The position numbers and the translations under genes are program-made. Source: an uncultured delta proteobacterium (lineage in GTDB: Bacteria; Desulfobacterota; Binatia; JACPRU01). From it: a stretch of 64,000 nt of DNA. A model generated the notes under the pieces. It was given only the letters and a program-made list of their open reading frames with translations, was not told the origin of the DNA and ran no database searches. The stretch spans positions 32,001-96,000 of the forward strand of contig CAVUWD010000018.1 of assembly GCA_963745025.1 (NCBI GenBank), in the 5' to 3' direction. Positions 8,411-21,021 of this stretch are shown here, piece after piece; the first letter of the stretch is position 1; every line of letters begins with the position of its first letter.

Positions 8411-9613
8411 CTAAATTTCTCCGAAAAAGCGCTGGCGCGTCGTCTCGTCCGACGGTGCTTCCGGCCCGCTCATCGGGCAATCGGCAACCCGCCGCGCGTC
8501 CTGCGCGATCAGCGGCAGGGCGCGGGCCCGGCGCGCGTCGGCCTCCGGGCCGAGTTCCATGAAGAGGTCGGCGAACCAGCCGTCGACCCTGCGGCAGGTC
8601 GCGTAGTGGCGATCGTGCTCGGCGGCATAGGCGTGCCCCGCCGCGTCCCAGTCCGATTCCGCGAGCAGGCAATCGCGGAGCACGCGAACGTCGCGCGTGG
8701 TGAGCGACATCCCCTGTCCCCACGTGGGGTCGCTCGTCGCGGCGGCATCTCCGATCAGCGCGACGCCGTCCCGATAGGGATGATCGACCCACGAGTCGGC
8801 GCCGTCGAAGGTCGCCAGTGGTCCGGCGGGCTTCGCCTGCGCAAGCATGTCGGCGGGAGCCCCGATCGCCACGAGAGACTCGCGGAATCGCGGAATCGCG
8901 CTGGCACCCTGAAGCCGCTCGATCTGCCGGTCCTTGTGAAAGCCGTAGTAGGCGCGCACGCGCCCGTTGCCTTGCGGGAAAAAATAGCCGACGAGACCGA
9001 GCGGAGGGGCGGCGAAGTGATGGAACGTATCGGCTGCGACGGCGAGATCGTCGAGGAGGACTCCGCAAAAGAGCAGACGCGGTGGGTCTTGCCTCGCGGT
9101 GAACCCCGCCCATCGACGCACCGCCGAGCCGCGTCCGTCGCCCGCTACGACGAGCCGCGCGGACGCTTCCTCGGTCTTGCCCGCCTGCGCGATCGTGACC
9201 CGAGGCGGCTTTCCCGGCTCCACGTGCCGAACGTGCGCCCCGCGCCTCACCTCCGCCCCAGCACTCACCGCGGCTTCGAGAGCGAGTTCCTGCATCCTGG
9301 GGTGATAGAAGGTGAGAAAGCCGCTACTCTGAGGCGTGGTCGCCGGGAGGTCGCGCCGGAGCATCTCCACCCCGCCGACGCGGACGCTCCACCAGCGGAG
9401 GATGTTGCCGCAGCTCTGTCTCAGCGTTTCGTAGAGCCCGAGCTGCTTCAGGTTCTCGACGCCCCACGGTGCCAACGCCTCGCCGCGCACGCGGTCCTTG
9501 AAATGGACCTCGCGCTCGACTACCAGCACGCGGGCACCGCGCTCGGCCATGACCTTGGCGAGCGCCGATCCACCGAGCCCGCCACCCACGGTGATGATGT
9601 CGTAATTCCGCAT
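8411..9613 (-). CDS. FAD-dependent monooxygenase/oxidoreductase
   Basis: GGGLGG, DG motif, LIGDAA...DPTWGQGM. Confidence 0.88.
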   Translation of the reverse strand: MRNYDIITVGGGLGGSALAKVMAERGARVLVVEREVHFKDRVRGEALAPWGVENLKQLGLYETLRQSCGNILRWWSVRVGGVEMLRRDLPATTPQSSGFLTFYHPRMQELALEAAVSAGAEVRRGAHVRHVEPGKPPRVTIAQAGKTEEASARLVVAGDGRGSAVRRWAGFTARQDPPRLLFCGVLLDDLAVAADTFHHFAAPPLGLVGYFFPQGNGRVRAYYGFHKDRQIERLQGASAIPRFRESLVAIGAPADMLAQAKPAGPLATFDGADSWVDHPYRDGVALIGDAAATSDPTWGQGMSLTTRDVRVLRDCLLAESDWDAAGHAYAAEHDRHYATCRRVDGWFADLFMELGPEADARRARALPLIAQDARRVADCPMSGPEAPSDETTRQRFFGEI

Positions 9614-9677
9614 CGAGACCTCCCGATGATTCGAGCGCGCGAGCCCCGGCTATAGATTGGAAGGCACGGGAAAGTCG

Positions 9678-10670
9678 ATGACGTTTTGGCGGCGGCACTG
9701 GTTCCTGGTCGGTCTCGCGCTGGTCAGCGCCGGCGCATTTGCGTTTCCCGAAGGCGGAGCGGCGCTGCGCCGAACGGGCTGGGCGCTGCCGCTGCTCACC
9801 GCGACGAGCCTCTTCCTCTCCGGGATCACGCTCGAGACCGCCGGGCTTCGCGAGGGCGTCGACGTGCGCGGGCTCGCGCTCGGGCTGTCCTCCACCTACG
9901 TCGTGGCCCCCGTGCTCGCCATCGTCTTCGTGCGACTCTGGGGACCCGCGAATGGCGGCGCGGGATCCGAGGGGTATTTCTTCTTCGAGGCGATGATGAT
10001 CGTCGCGGCGCAGGCGAGCACCATCGCCTCCGCGCCCGCGCTGACGCTCGTTGCGGGCGGGAATCAGGCGCTCGCGCTGCTGATCACACTGTCGTCGAAC
10101 CTGATGACCTCGCTCGTCACGCCGCTCCTCCTGCGCTGGACGGTCGGCACCGTGGTCGCGTTTCCGGTCGGGCGGATGATGATGGAGGACGCGATGGTCG
10201 TGCTGCTGCCGGTCGTCGTTGGACAAGCCGCCCACCGCCTCTTCTGGTCGCGGCTGCGGATCTTCATGCCGGCGATCGTGCGGCTCGCACAGGCGATCAT
10301 CCTTCTCTTCGTCTACACGGGGGTCGCCGCGGCGGCCGGCCGCCTTTCCGAGCGGCCGGCGCTGATCCTCGCCTTCGTGGCAACCGCCGCATCGCTTCAC
10401 ATCGCGCTGCTCGTCTGGAACTACCGAACCGCGACCTGGCTCGGCCTCTCACCGGCAAACCGAGTGGCGGTCGTTTTCTGCGGCTCGCAGAAGACCCTGC
10501 CGAACGGCATCTACCTCTGGGACACGTTCTTCCCGTGGAACCCGCACGGCGCGCTCGCCCTCGTCTGCTACCACGTGTTCCAGCTGGTTCTCGACAGCCT
10601 CCTCGTCCCCTCGCTGTCCCCGCGGCCGGCTGCCGTCGCGGAGGTGGAGGACGTCGCCGATGGGGCGTGA
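9678..10670 (+). CDS. Bile acid:sodium symporter family transporter
   Basis: Multiple TM helices; STIASA...AGGN and FCGSQKTL motifs. Confidence 0.85.
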   Translation: MTFWRRHWFLVGLALVSAGAFAFPEGGAALRRTGWALPLLTATSLFLSGITLETAGLREGVDVRGLALGLSSTYVVAPVLAIVFVRLWGPANGGAGSEGYFFFEAMMIVAAQASTIASAPALTLVAGGNQALALLITLSSNLMTSLVTPLLLRWTVGTVVAFPVGRMMMEDAMVVLLPVVVGQAAHRLFWSRLRIFMPAIVRLAQAIILLFVYTGVAAAAGRLSERPALILAFVATAASLHIALLVWNYRTATWLGLSPANRVAVVFCGSQKTLPNGIYLWDTFFPWNPHGALALVCYHVFQLVLDSLLVPSLSPRPAAVAEVEDVADGA

Positions 10671-10857
10671 CCTGGAACAAGAGCGGCGGAGCGTCGGACT
10701 CTGCTCCGACTGTCGATTCGCCAAGCGGATCGACAGCGGGAAAGGATCCCGCTTCTTTTTCTGCCGACGCTCGGAGAGCGATCCCGGCTATCCGCGTTAC
10801 CCCCGATTGCCGGTCTTGAGCTGTGCCGGCCACGAGGCGGGCGAGGACGCCTCGTGA
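10660..10857 (+). CDS. Small Cys-rich hypothetical protein
   Basis: GLCSDC...FFFCRRS..DP.YPRYPRLPVLSC; overlaps the upstream stop. Confidence 0.65.
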   Translation: MGRDLEQERRSVGLCSDCRFAKRIDSGKGSRFFFCRRSESDPGYPRYPRLPVLSCAGHEAGEDAS

Positions 10858-10982
10858 CGCCTGGAGAGCCGGCGCCTGGTCGAGCGTTCATGGCTCGACG
10901 TCGCTGGCGGTGCCGGGCCTGCCGTTGCAGAATCCGTCCCACTGCTGATTCGACCCTCGTTCTGTGCCAAACTGAGTAGACT

Positions 10983-14667
<3,685 letters not shown>

Positions 14668-14698
14668 GAAAGGGGGATCGGCGTAGGGCCGCTGCGTC

Positions 14699-14914
14699 CG
14701 CCTCGAATGCTTCGGACGGCGAGCAACGCGGTCGGTTGTGGTCGGCCCGTACTCGGGGCGATCACAACCGACCGCAACGGCGCGGAGCGCGGAGGCAGTA
14801 ACCCGCGACCTGGTCTATTGCTTCCGCGCTTCGCGCGGTGGCTGGATCTGCCGGTCGACCCGAGTACGGGCCGGCCGGCAGATCCAGCGCTTCACGGATC
14901 TCCGACGCGTGTGG
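14699..14914. repeat. ~220-bp palindromic three-hairpin element, copy 1
   Basis: Colinear similarity to 43722-43942; long inverted repeats. Confidence 0.9.
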
Positions 14915-14981
14915 CGATGACTTCGGGATACGTCCCTTGTCCGCTTTTCTCGCGGCGTGGGTTGAAGTAGGGATCGTTCCC

Positions 14982-15449
14982 ATGTCCCACGTCGATCCGC
15001 CGCCGAGCCTCGGGGCGCTCGGGTTTCTGGTGGGTCGCTTTCGCGGGGAAGGCACGCTGCAACGCGGCGCGACGTTCGAGAAGGACGTCGTCGGTCGCTG
15101 GGAAGTCGCGGGCCATTTCTTGTCGCTTTCAATGAGCGCGTCGTACCGGGTGAACGATCGGGTGATGGACGTTCATCACGCGATGGCGCTCGTCGGCGTC
15201 GAGCGCGGTAGCGGAGCGTTCCAGGCGCACGTCTTCACCGACGGCGGAGAGATCCTCGAGCACCGTCTCATCGTCGAGGCCGGCCGTATCAGCTTCGGCG
15301 ACCGGGTACCTCACGAGAGCCGCGCACGTGTCGCTCGCAAGATCCTGCTGCGCACATCGTACGGATACGACGAGACTCTCGAGATCGACCGCGACGGCGG
15401 AGGCTTCGAGACCTACTCGTTCGTGCGGCTCGAGCGTATGGCCGAGTAG
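14982..15449 (+). CDS. Beta-barrel hypothetical protein (FABP/THAP4-like)
   Basis: LGFLVGRFRGEG N-terminal motif, beta-rich. Confidence 0.55.
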   Translation: MSHVDPPPSLGALGFLVGRFRGEGTLQRGATFEKDVVGRWEVAGHFLSLSMSASYRVNDRVMDVHHAMALVGVERGSGAFQAHVFTDGGEILEHRLIVEAGRISFGDRVPHESRARVARKILLRTSYGYDETLEIDRDGGGFETYSFVRLERMAE

Positions 15450-15459
15450 CGAGATTCGA

Positions 15460-15843
15460 TCAGTTGAGGACGCCGGGGATCGCCAGCGTGAACGGCGCGA
15501 TGCGAGCGTCGAAGGTCTCGCCGCCGTCGGTGACCATGCGGTAGCTCCCGTGCATGGAGCCGATCTGCGTGGCGAGCGGGCAGGCACTGGTGTATTCGAA
15601 GGCTTCGCCGGGACGCAGGCGCGGCTGTTTGCCGACTACGCCCGGCCCCTTGACCTCTTGCTCCTTGCCCATGCCGTCGGTGATGATCCAGTGGCGGGAC
15701 AGAAGCTTCACGCACTGCTCTCCGTGGTTCTCGATCGTCACGTGATACGCGAAGAAGAACTCGCCGTTGTGCGGGTCGGAACGCTCCGGCACGAACTCCG
15801 ACTCGACCTTCACTCGGATCCCGCGCGTGATCGCTTCTGACAT
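15460..15843 (-). CDS. apaG: ApaG protein
   Basis: LLSRHWIITD...GPGVVGKQP...FEYTSACPL..GSMHG. Confidence 0.95.
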   Translation of the reverse strand: MSEAITRGIRVKVESEFVPERSDPHNGEFFFAYHVTIENHGEQCVKLLSRHWIITDGMGKEQEVKGPGVVGKQPRLRPGEAFEYTSACPLATQIGSMHGSYRMVTDGGETFDARIAPFTLAIPGVLN

Positions 15844-15983
15844 CCCTGGCCTCCGGGGCCATTCCCTACCTTCCTCGAGCGGATTGCGCCAGCCCGATGC
15901 GGCGGCTCCATCCGCTGGACGGGAGGCGCGGCTTCGATCGCCGCAGTCAGAGCGAAGAGAATGACGCGCAAGAACTTTTGCGC

Positions 15984-17210
15984 ATGACGACACCCGCCCT
16001 CTCGCTCTACTGGTTTCTCTACCTCGGGGCGCTCGGCGTCCTGCTGCCGTTCTTCAGCCTTTATCTGAGCGACAATGCCGGGCTGAACGCGACCGAAGTG
16101 GGCGCGGTGGTGACGATGTCTCCGCTCGTCGCGCTGATCGCTCCGACCGCGTGGGGGCGGATCGCCGATCGCTCGGGCTCGCCGATACGCGTGCTGGCGG
16201 CCGCCACGCTCGGCGCCGCCGTCTTCACGGCGATGTTCCCCTGGCTCGAGGGCTTCTGGCTGCTCGCCGCGGGCGCAGCCGCGCTTGCGCTCTTCGCGAC
16301 GGGCGTGATCCCGCTCGTCATCTCGGTGACGCTCGCGGCGCTCGGCGAGAGCGCGCTCTCGGCGTTCGGGCGGGTCCGCGTGTGGGGCACGGTCGGCTTC
16401 CTGGTCCTCGTCGTTCTGTTCCCGGTGGCGCTGCACGCGTTCGCGGCGGGCCGCGTTCCTCCGTCGCGACCGGCTGGACCGTCGGAGCCGTACCTGTGGG
16501 TGATGTTCCCGGCGGCCTCGTCGTTGATCCTCCTCTCCGCGCTGCTCGCCTGGCGCATTCCCGAGACGAGGCAGCTGCAACGCCACGCGCGTCGGAGCGG
16601 CTGGCTCGAGCTTCGCCGCCACGTGCCGTTCGTTCGTTTGCTCGTGCTGTCGGTCGGCACGTACCTGTTTTTCCAGGGCCCGATGAGTCTCTTTCCGCTC
16701 TATCTTCGCGGTCACGGGCGCGGGCTCGAGACGCTCAGTCAGATGTGGATTCTCATGCTGCTGCTGGAGATCCCGCTCATCGCCTTCTCCGGCACGGCAT
16801 TGCGCCACCTCGGCCCGCGCGGACTGCTCGGCGCCGGCCTGGCCGCGGGCGGCCTCCGCTGGCTGGTCTGCGGCCTGGTTCACGATCTTCGCGCGGTCTA
16901 CGCGGTGCAGCTGCTGCACGGCGTGACCGTGGCGGGAGTCGGAGTGGGCTCCGCGCTGTACGTCGAAGCGTCCGTTCCCGCGCGGCTGCGTTCGACCGGT
17001 CAGGGGCTGAACGCCACGGCCGGCGTCGGGATCGGTTCGATCCTCTCGAACGTCGCGGCCGGCTGGCTGATGGACCACGTCGGCGTGAACGCTCCCTTCG
17101 TGGTCGGCGGTAGCGGCGCGCTGCTGCTCGCGATGATGATTCCGCTTTGGTTGCCGCCGCCGAGCCAGCTCGCGCGGAGCGAGCCGGCGCTCGAGTCAGC
17201 GCCGCAGTAG
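15984..17210 (+). CDS. MFS transporter (MFS_1-like)
   Basis: About 12 TM helices; WGRIADR, FGRVRVWGTVGF, QLLHG. Confidence 0.88.
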   Translation: MTTPALSLYWFLYLGALGVLLPFFSLYLSDNAGLNATEVGAVVTMSPLVALIAPTAWGRIADRSGSPIRVLAAATLGAAVFTAMFPWLEGFWLLAAGAAALALFATGVIPLVISVTLAALGESALSAFGRVRVWGTVGFLVLVVLFPVALHAFAAGRVPPSRPAGPSEPYLWVMFPAASSLILLSALLAWRIPETRQLQRHARRSGWLELRRHVPFVRLLVLSVGTYLFFQGPMSLFPLYLRGHGRGLETLSQMWILMLLLEIPLIAFSGTALRHLGPRGLLGAGLAAGGLRWLVCGLVHDLRAVYAVQLLHGVTVAGVGVGSALYVEASVPARLRSTGQGLNATAGVGIGSILSNVAAGWLMDHVGVNAPFVVGGSGALLLAMMIPLWLPPPSQLARSEPALESAPQ

Positions 17211-17327
17211 GAGGCCGCGCCACAGATCGCCCCCGTTGGTCGCGAACCGGCTCCGGCCAGGCAGCTTACCGAGTTAGCCTCGAGCCAGCAGTTTCGCCGA
17301 CGTTGCTGGCGCCGAAAGTTTCGCTCT

Positions 17328-18059
17328 TCATGCCAGACTTCCGGAAGACGCCGGAGCCCGCTCCGGGACAACCATCGGCAGAAGCCGCCGCCGACGGGTC
17401 CGCTTCAGCTCTTCGAGCTGCGAGCGGGCGGCCGCATCGGCCTCCGCGGCGCGGATCTTGCCGAGCCGCCTTTCGAGATCGCTGTCTCCGAGATCGCGGG
17501 TCATCTTCGCCTCCTCGACGAGCCGGTTGACGTGGTCGCGGACCGCGTCGAGCGCACGGATGTCGGCGTCGGGTGACAGCCCGGAGAGCGTTTCCTGAAA
17601 TCTCAGCCGTGCATGCGCGTTGGCCAGCCGTGCCAGCATGCGTACCTTCTCGTCGCGCAGGCGCGCGATCTCTCCTTGGAACGTCGAAAGATTCTTCTTC
17701 GCGGTCTCCGCCTCTTCGTCGAGCTCGTGAAGCTCGCCGGCGAGGCGCTCGACTTCCTGCGACAGGCCGTCACGCCGGCCGATCAATACCAGCGCCGCGT
17801 CGTCGTCGTCACCATCGATGGCGAGCTCGAGCTGCCGGCGAACGCGGGCGAGCTCGGCGGATTTCTGCCCGAGCTCGCGGCCGAGCTTCGTCCGCATGTA
17901 GAGAATACCGGCGGCGGCCGTGCGGAGCTTGCCGTACTGATCGAGCCGCTCCTGGATCGCGGCCTCGTAGACCGCGCCGGGGTTTCGGTGCTCGCGACCG
18001 AGGATCCATTGATTGAGGATCCCGCGTACGAGATTGGTCAGTCGAGAAAAGAAGCGCAT
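17328..18059 (-). CDS. PspA/IM30-family protein
   Basis: FFSRLTNLVRG N-terminal amphipathic helix, NP..VYE..I, long coiled coil, ARSQLEELK. Confidence 0.85.
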   Translation of the reverse strand: MRFFSRLTNLVRGILNQWILGREHRNPGAVYEAAIQERLDQYGKLRTAAAGILYMRTKLGRELGQKSAELARVRRQLELAIDGDDDDAALVLIGRRDGLSQEVERLAGELHELDEEAETAKKNLSTFQGEIARLRDEKVRMLARLANAHARLRFQETLSGLSPDADIRALDAVRDHVNRLVEEAKMTRDLGDSDLERRLGKIRAAEADAAARSQLEELKRTRRRRLLPMVVPERAPASSGSLA

Positions 18060-18166
18060 CTGTTCCTCCCTGGATGGAAAGCGAGCTTCAGCTCCGCACT
18101 CGCGGGCCGATCGCGTAGAAGCCGATGAAGTAGACGCGCAGCGCGCCCGCCATCCGAAACCCTCCG

Positions 18167-19558
18167 CTACGGCTCCGCGTCCTCGGCGGTGATGCCGAGC
18201 TCGCGCATCTTCTGCTGGAAGTTCTGGCGATACATGCCGATCTCTTCGGCCGCCTTGGTGATGTTGCCGCCGTTTCGTCGCAACGCCTGGACCAGGAACG
18301 CGCGCTCGAAATCCGCCACGGCGCGGTCCTTTGCCTCGCGAAACGATACCGGCATCTCCGGCGCGGCCGTAGGGGCCGCCGGAGTCGGCGCCGCGGTCTT
18401 GTCGCCGAGCAGATCCGCCTCGGTGATCTCCGCTGCCGGGGCGAGGAGCAGAGCCTGCTCGACAGCCGAGCGGAGCTCACGCACATTGCCTTTCCAGCGG
18501 TGCGCCACGCAGGCGCGCATCGCGTCGGCGGTCAACGGCTTGGCGGGGCGGTTGAAGCGTGCCGCGGCTTCCTTGAGGAAGTGATCGACGAGGAGTGGAA
18601 CGTCCTCACGCCGCTCGGCGAGCGGAGGAATCACCAGCTCGACGACGCGCAGCCGGTAGTAGAGGTCTTCGCGAAATCGGCCAGCCCGCACCTGCGCCTC
18701 GAGATCCTGGTTCGTGGCGGCGATCACGCGTACGTCGACCCGAATCGGCTGATTGCCTCCGACGCGCTCGAATTCTTTTTCCTGGAGCGCGCGCAGAAGC
18801 TTCGCCTGGGTCTCGAGCGGCATGTCGCCGACCTCGTCGAGAAAGAGGGTGCCGCCGTCCGCGGCCTCGAATTTTCCCTCGCGGCGGGCGATCGCGCCGG
18901 TGAACGCGCCCTTCTCGTGACCGAAGAGCTCGCTCTCGACGAGCTCCCGTGAGAGCGCGGCGCAGTTCATCTTCACGAGCGGCCTCCCGCGCCGCGGGCT
19001 GCGGTAGTGGAGCGCGCTCACGACGAGCTCCTTGCCGGTGCCGCTCTCGCCGCGAACTAGGACGGTGACGTCCGTGTCGGCGACCTTGTCGATGGTTTCG
19101 AACACGCGGCGCATCGCGGGGCTCCGCCCGACGATCTGCCCGGCAAACGCATCCTGGACCTGCTCGAGGAGGCGTCGGTGGTCGCGCCGGAGAAGCGCGG
19201 TCTCCATCACCCGGCGGACGAGCACGCGGAGCTCGTCGTTGTCGAAGGGCTTCGGCAGATAATCGGCGGCGCCGTTCTTCATCGCCGCCACGGCGATCTT
19301 CTCGGAGCCGTAGGCGGTGATCATGACGACCGCCGCATCCGGATCGACGCGCCGCGTGTGCTCGAGCACCGCCATACCATCGGTGTCCTTCAGCGAGAGA
19401 TCCGTGATCACCACGTGAAAGCTTCCCGGCTCGATGCGCGTGAGCGCCTCTTCGCCGCTCTCGACCGTGTCGACCTCGTATCCTTCCTTGGCGAGTAGGC
19501 TCCGCAGCGCGAGCCGCATGCCCTTCTCGTCGTCGACGATGAGAACGCGTCCGGGCAT
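18167..19558 (-). CDS. Sigma54-dependent response regulator (NtrC family)
   Basis: Receiver domain, GESGTGKE, GAFTGA, FREDLYYRL, Fis-type HTH. Confidence 0.95.
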   Translation of the reverse strand: MPGRVLIVDDEKGMRLALRSLLAKEGYEVDTVESGEEALTRIEPGSFHVVITDLSLKDTDGMAVLEHTRRVDPDAAVVMITAYGSEKIAVAAMKNGAADYLPKPFDNDELRVLVRRVMETALLRRDHRRLLEQVQDAFAGQIVGRSPAMRRVFETIDKVADTDVTVLVRGESGTGKELVVSALHYRSPRRGRPLVKMNCAALSRELVESELFGHEKGAFTGAIARREGKFEAADGGTLFLDEVGDMPLETQAKLLRALQEKEFERVGGNQPIRVDVRVIAATNQDLEAQVRAGRFREDLYYRLRVVELVIPPLAERREDVPLLVDHFLKEAAARFNRPAKPLTADAMRACVAHRWKGNVRELRSAVEQALLLAPAAEITEADLLGDKTAAPTPAAPTAAPEMPVSFREAKDRAVADFERAFLVQALRRNGGNITKAAEEIGMYRQNFQQKMRELGITAEDAEP

Positions 19559-19561
19559 CGG

Positions 19562-20725
19562 TCAGGCCTTCGCGGGGAGCGGCAGGCGGATCGTGAACTC
19601 GGTGCCACGGCCGACCTCGCTCGCCACCTCGATCGTCCCTTCGTGAGCCTCGACGATCTTCCGGGAGATCGCCATGCCGAGGCCCGTGCCCTTTTCCTTG
19701 GTCGTGAAGAACGGATTGAAGATGCGTCCGATCTTGTCCTCGGGGATGCCGCACCCGTTGTCGCGAATGCGCACGGTGGCCTGGTCGGGACGGCCGTTGT
19801 CGATGAACAGCTCGAGGCTTCGTCCCTCCGCGACCGGCGCGAGCGCATCGATCGAGTTGTCGAGGATGTTCGTGAACACCTGCTTCAGCTTCTCCGTATC
19901 GGCCAGCACGGTGGGACCCGTGATGTAGTTCCGCGCCACGCGCACGTGCGCGTCGTCGATCTTGGCGCGCATCTGCGTGAGCGCCGAGTCGACGATCGTG
20001 GCGAGATTCACGCGCGCCGGCGCGTAGTCTTCCTCCTTCGCATACTTGAGCAGGTGCGAGATCCGCCGCTCGACGCGCTCGAGCTCCTCGAGCGCGACCT
20101 TGCCGTACTCGACGTTCTCGGGAGAGGTCGGGTCCTCGCCCATCTGCTGGACCAAGCTCTTCGCGGCGGCGATCGGGTTACGGATCTCGTGGGCGATGGT
20201 CGACGAAAGCTCGTCGATCGACGCCTGCTTCTCCGACGTCATGGCAGCCTTTTCCCGCCGCACCTCGCGCTCGACGACTGGATCGAAATAGCGCTCCTTC
20301 AGCTGATGCGATCCGAAGACCCCCATGTAGTGCGCGAAGACGCCGACGCCCCAGCCACCCGCAGGCCATAGGAACCATGGAATCCAAGGGGAAGTGAGCA
20401 GGTTGATCAATGCCAGAAGAGAGATGACGCCGAGATAGCTGACGAGATGGACATAGAAGCCGAACTGCGCAGCAGCCCGGCGGCGAGTGCGGCGAACGGT
20501 GTTGTCGCCGCTCACATCGTCCTGCTCGGTCGCGGAGCGAGATCGGTCGCGAAGGTCCTCCTCCCAGTACCGGCGTCGATGACGATGCCAATGCGGGCGC
20601 CGAGCTCTCCTCCATTCGTCGCCGCATTGGGTCACCGCGGCGGCGGTGTTCCCGCGGTACCACCGAAGCTTGCGCCTGAAGTGGCAAAACGCCCAGAAGG
20701 CGATGAGAAACCCGAAGAAGGCCAT
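19562..20725 (-). CDS. Sensor histidine kinase with a 2TM-like membrane domain
   Basis: FYVHLVSY...WFLWPAGGWGVG; HEIRNP, DNGCGI, FNPFFTTK, GTGLG. Confidence 0.92.
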   Translation of the reverse strand: MAFFGFLIAFWAFCHFRRKLRWYRGNTAAAVTQCGDEWRRARRPHWHRHRRRYWEEDLRDRSRSATEQDDVSGDNTVRRTRRRAAAQFGFYVHLVSYLGVISLLALINLLTSPWIPWFLWPAGGWGVGVFAHYMGVFGSHQLKERYFDPVVEREVRREKAAMTSEKQASIDELSSTIAHEIRNPIAAAKSLVQQMGEDPTSPENVEYGKVALEELERVERRISHLLKYAKEEDYAPARVNLATIVDSALTQMRAKIDDAHVRVARNYITGPTVLADTEKLKQVFTNILDNSIDALAPVAEGRSLELFIDNGRPDQATVRIRDNGCGIPEDKIGRIFNPFFTTKEKGTGLGMAISRKIVEAHEGTIEVASEVGRGTEFTIRLPLPAKA

Positions 20726-20741
20726 GTCCTCGCTCAGTGAC

Positions 20742-20756
20742 GCAACCTGCGTGCCA
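20742..20756 (-). promoter_or_regulatory. Sigma54 -24/-12 promoter
   Basis: TGGCAC-GCAGG-TTGC on the minus strand, an exact consensus match. Confidence 0.75.
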
Positions 20757-21021
20757 AATTCTAGTCCCAATGGAAGACTTGAGAAAACAGGCGCGCGTGC
20801 GCCGGCCCGCATGCGCGAAGCTGCGGGATCGTGCGGCCGGCCGCAGTCCGGTCACTGCGTCGCTCGGCGGTTGTATCGGCGCCGATTCTTCTCGGATACT
20901 CAGCGGCCGGTGCCGGCGGCGCGGGACAGGACCTCGGCCCCGGTGGGGATTTCGTCGGCTCGCTTCATGTGTTGGATCCTGGCGCCCGGTACCTGCTCGA
21001 CGACGCAGAGCGGGGCCGCCG

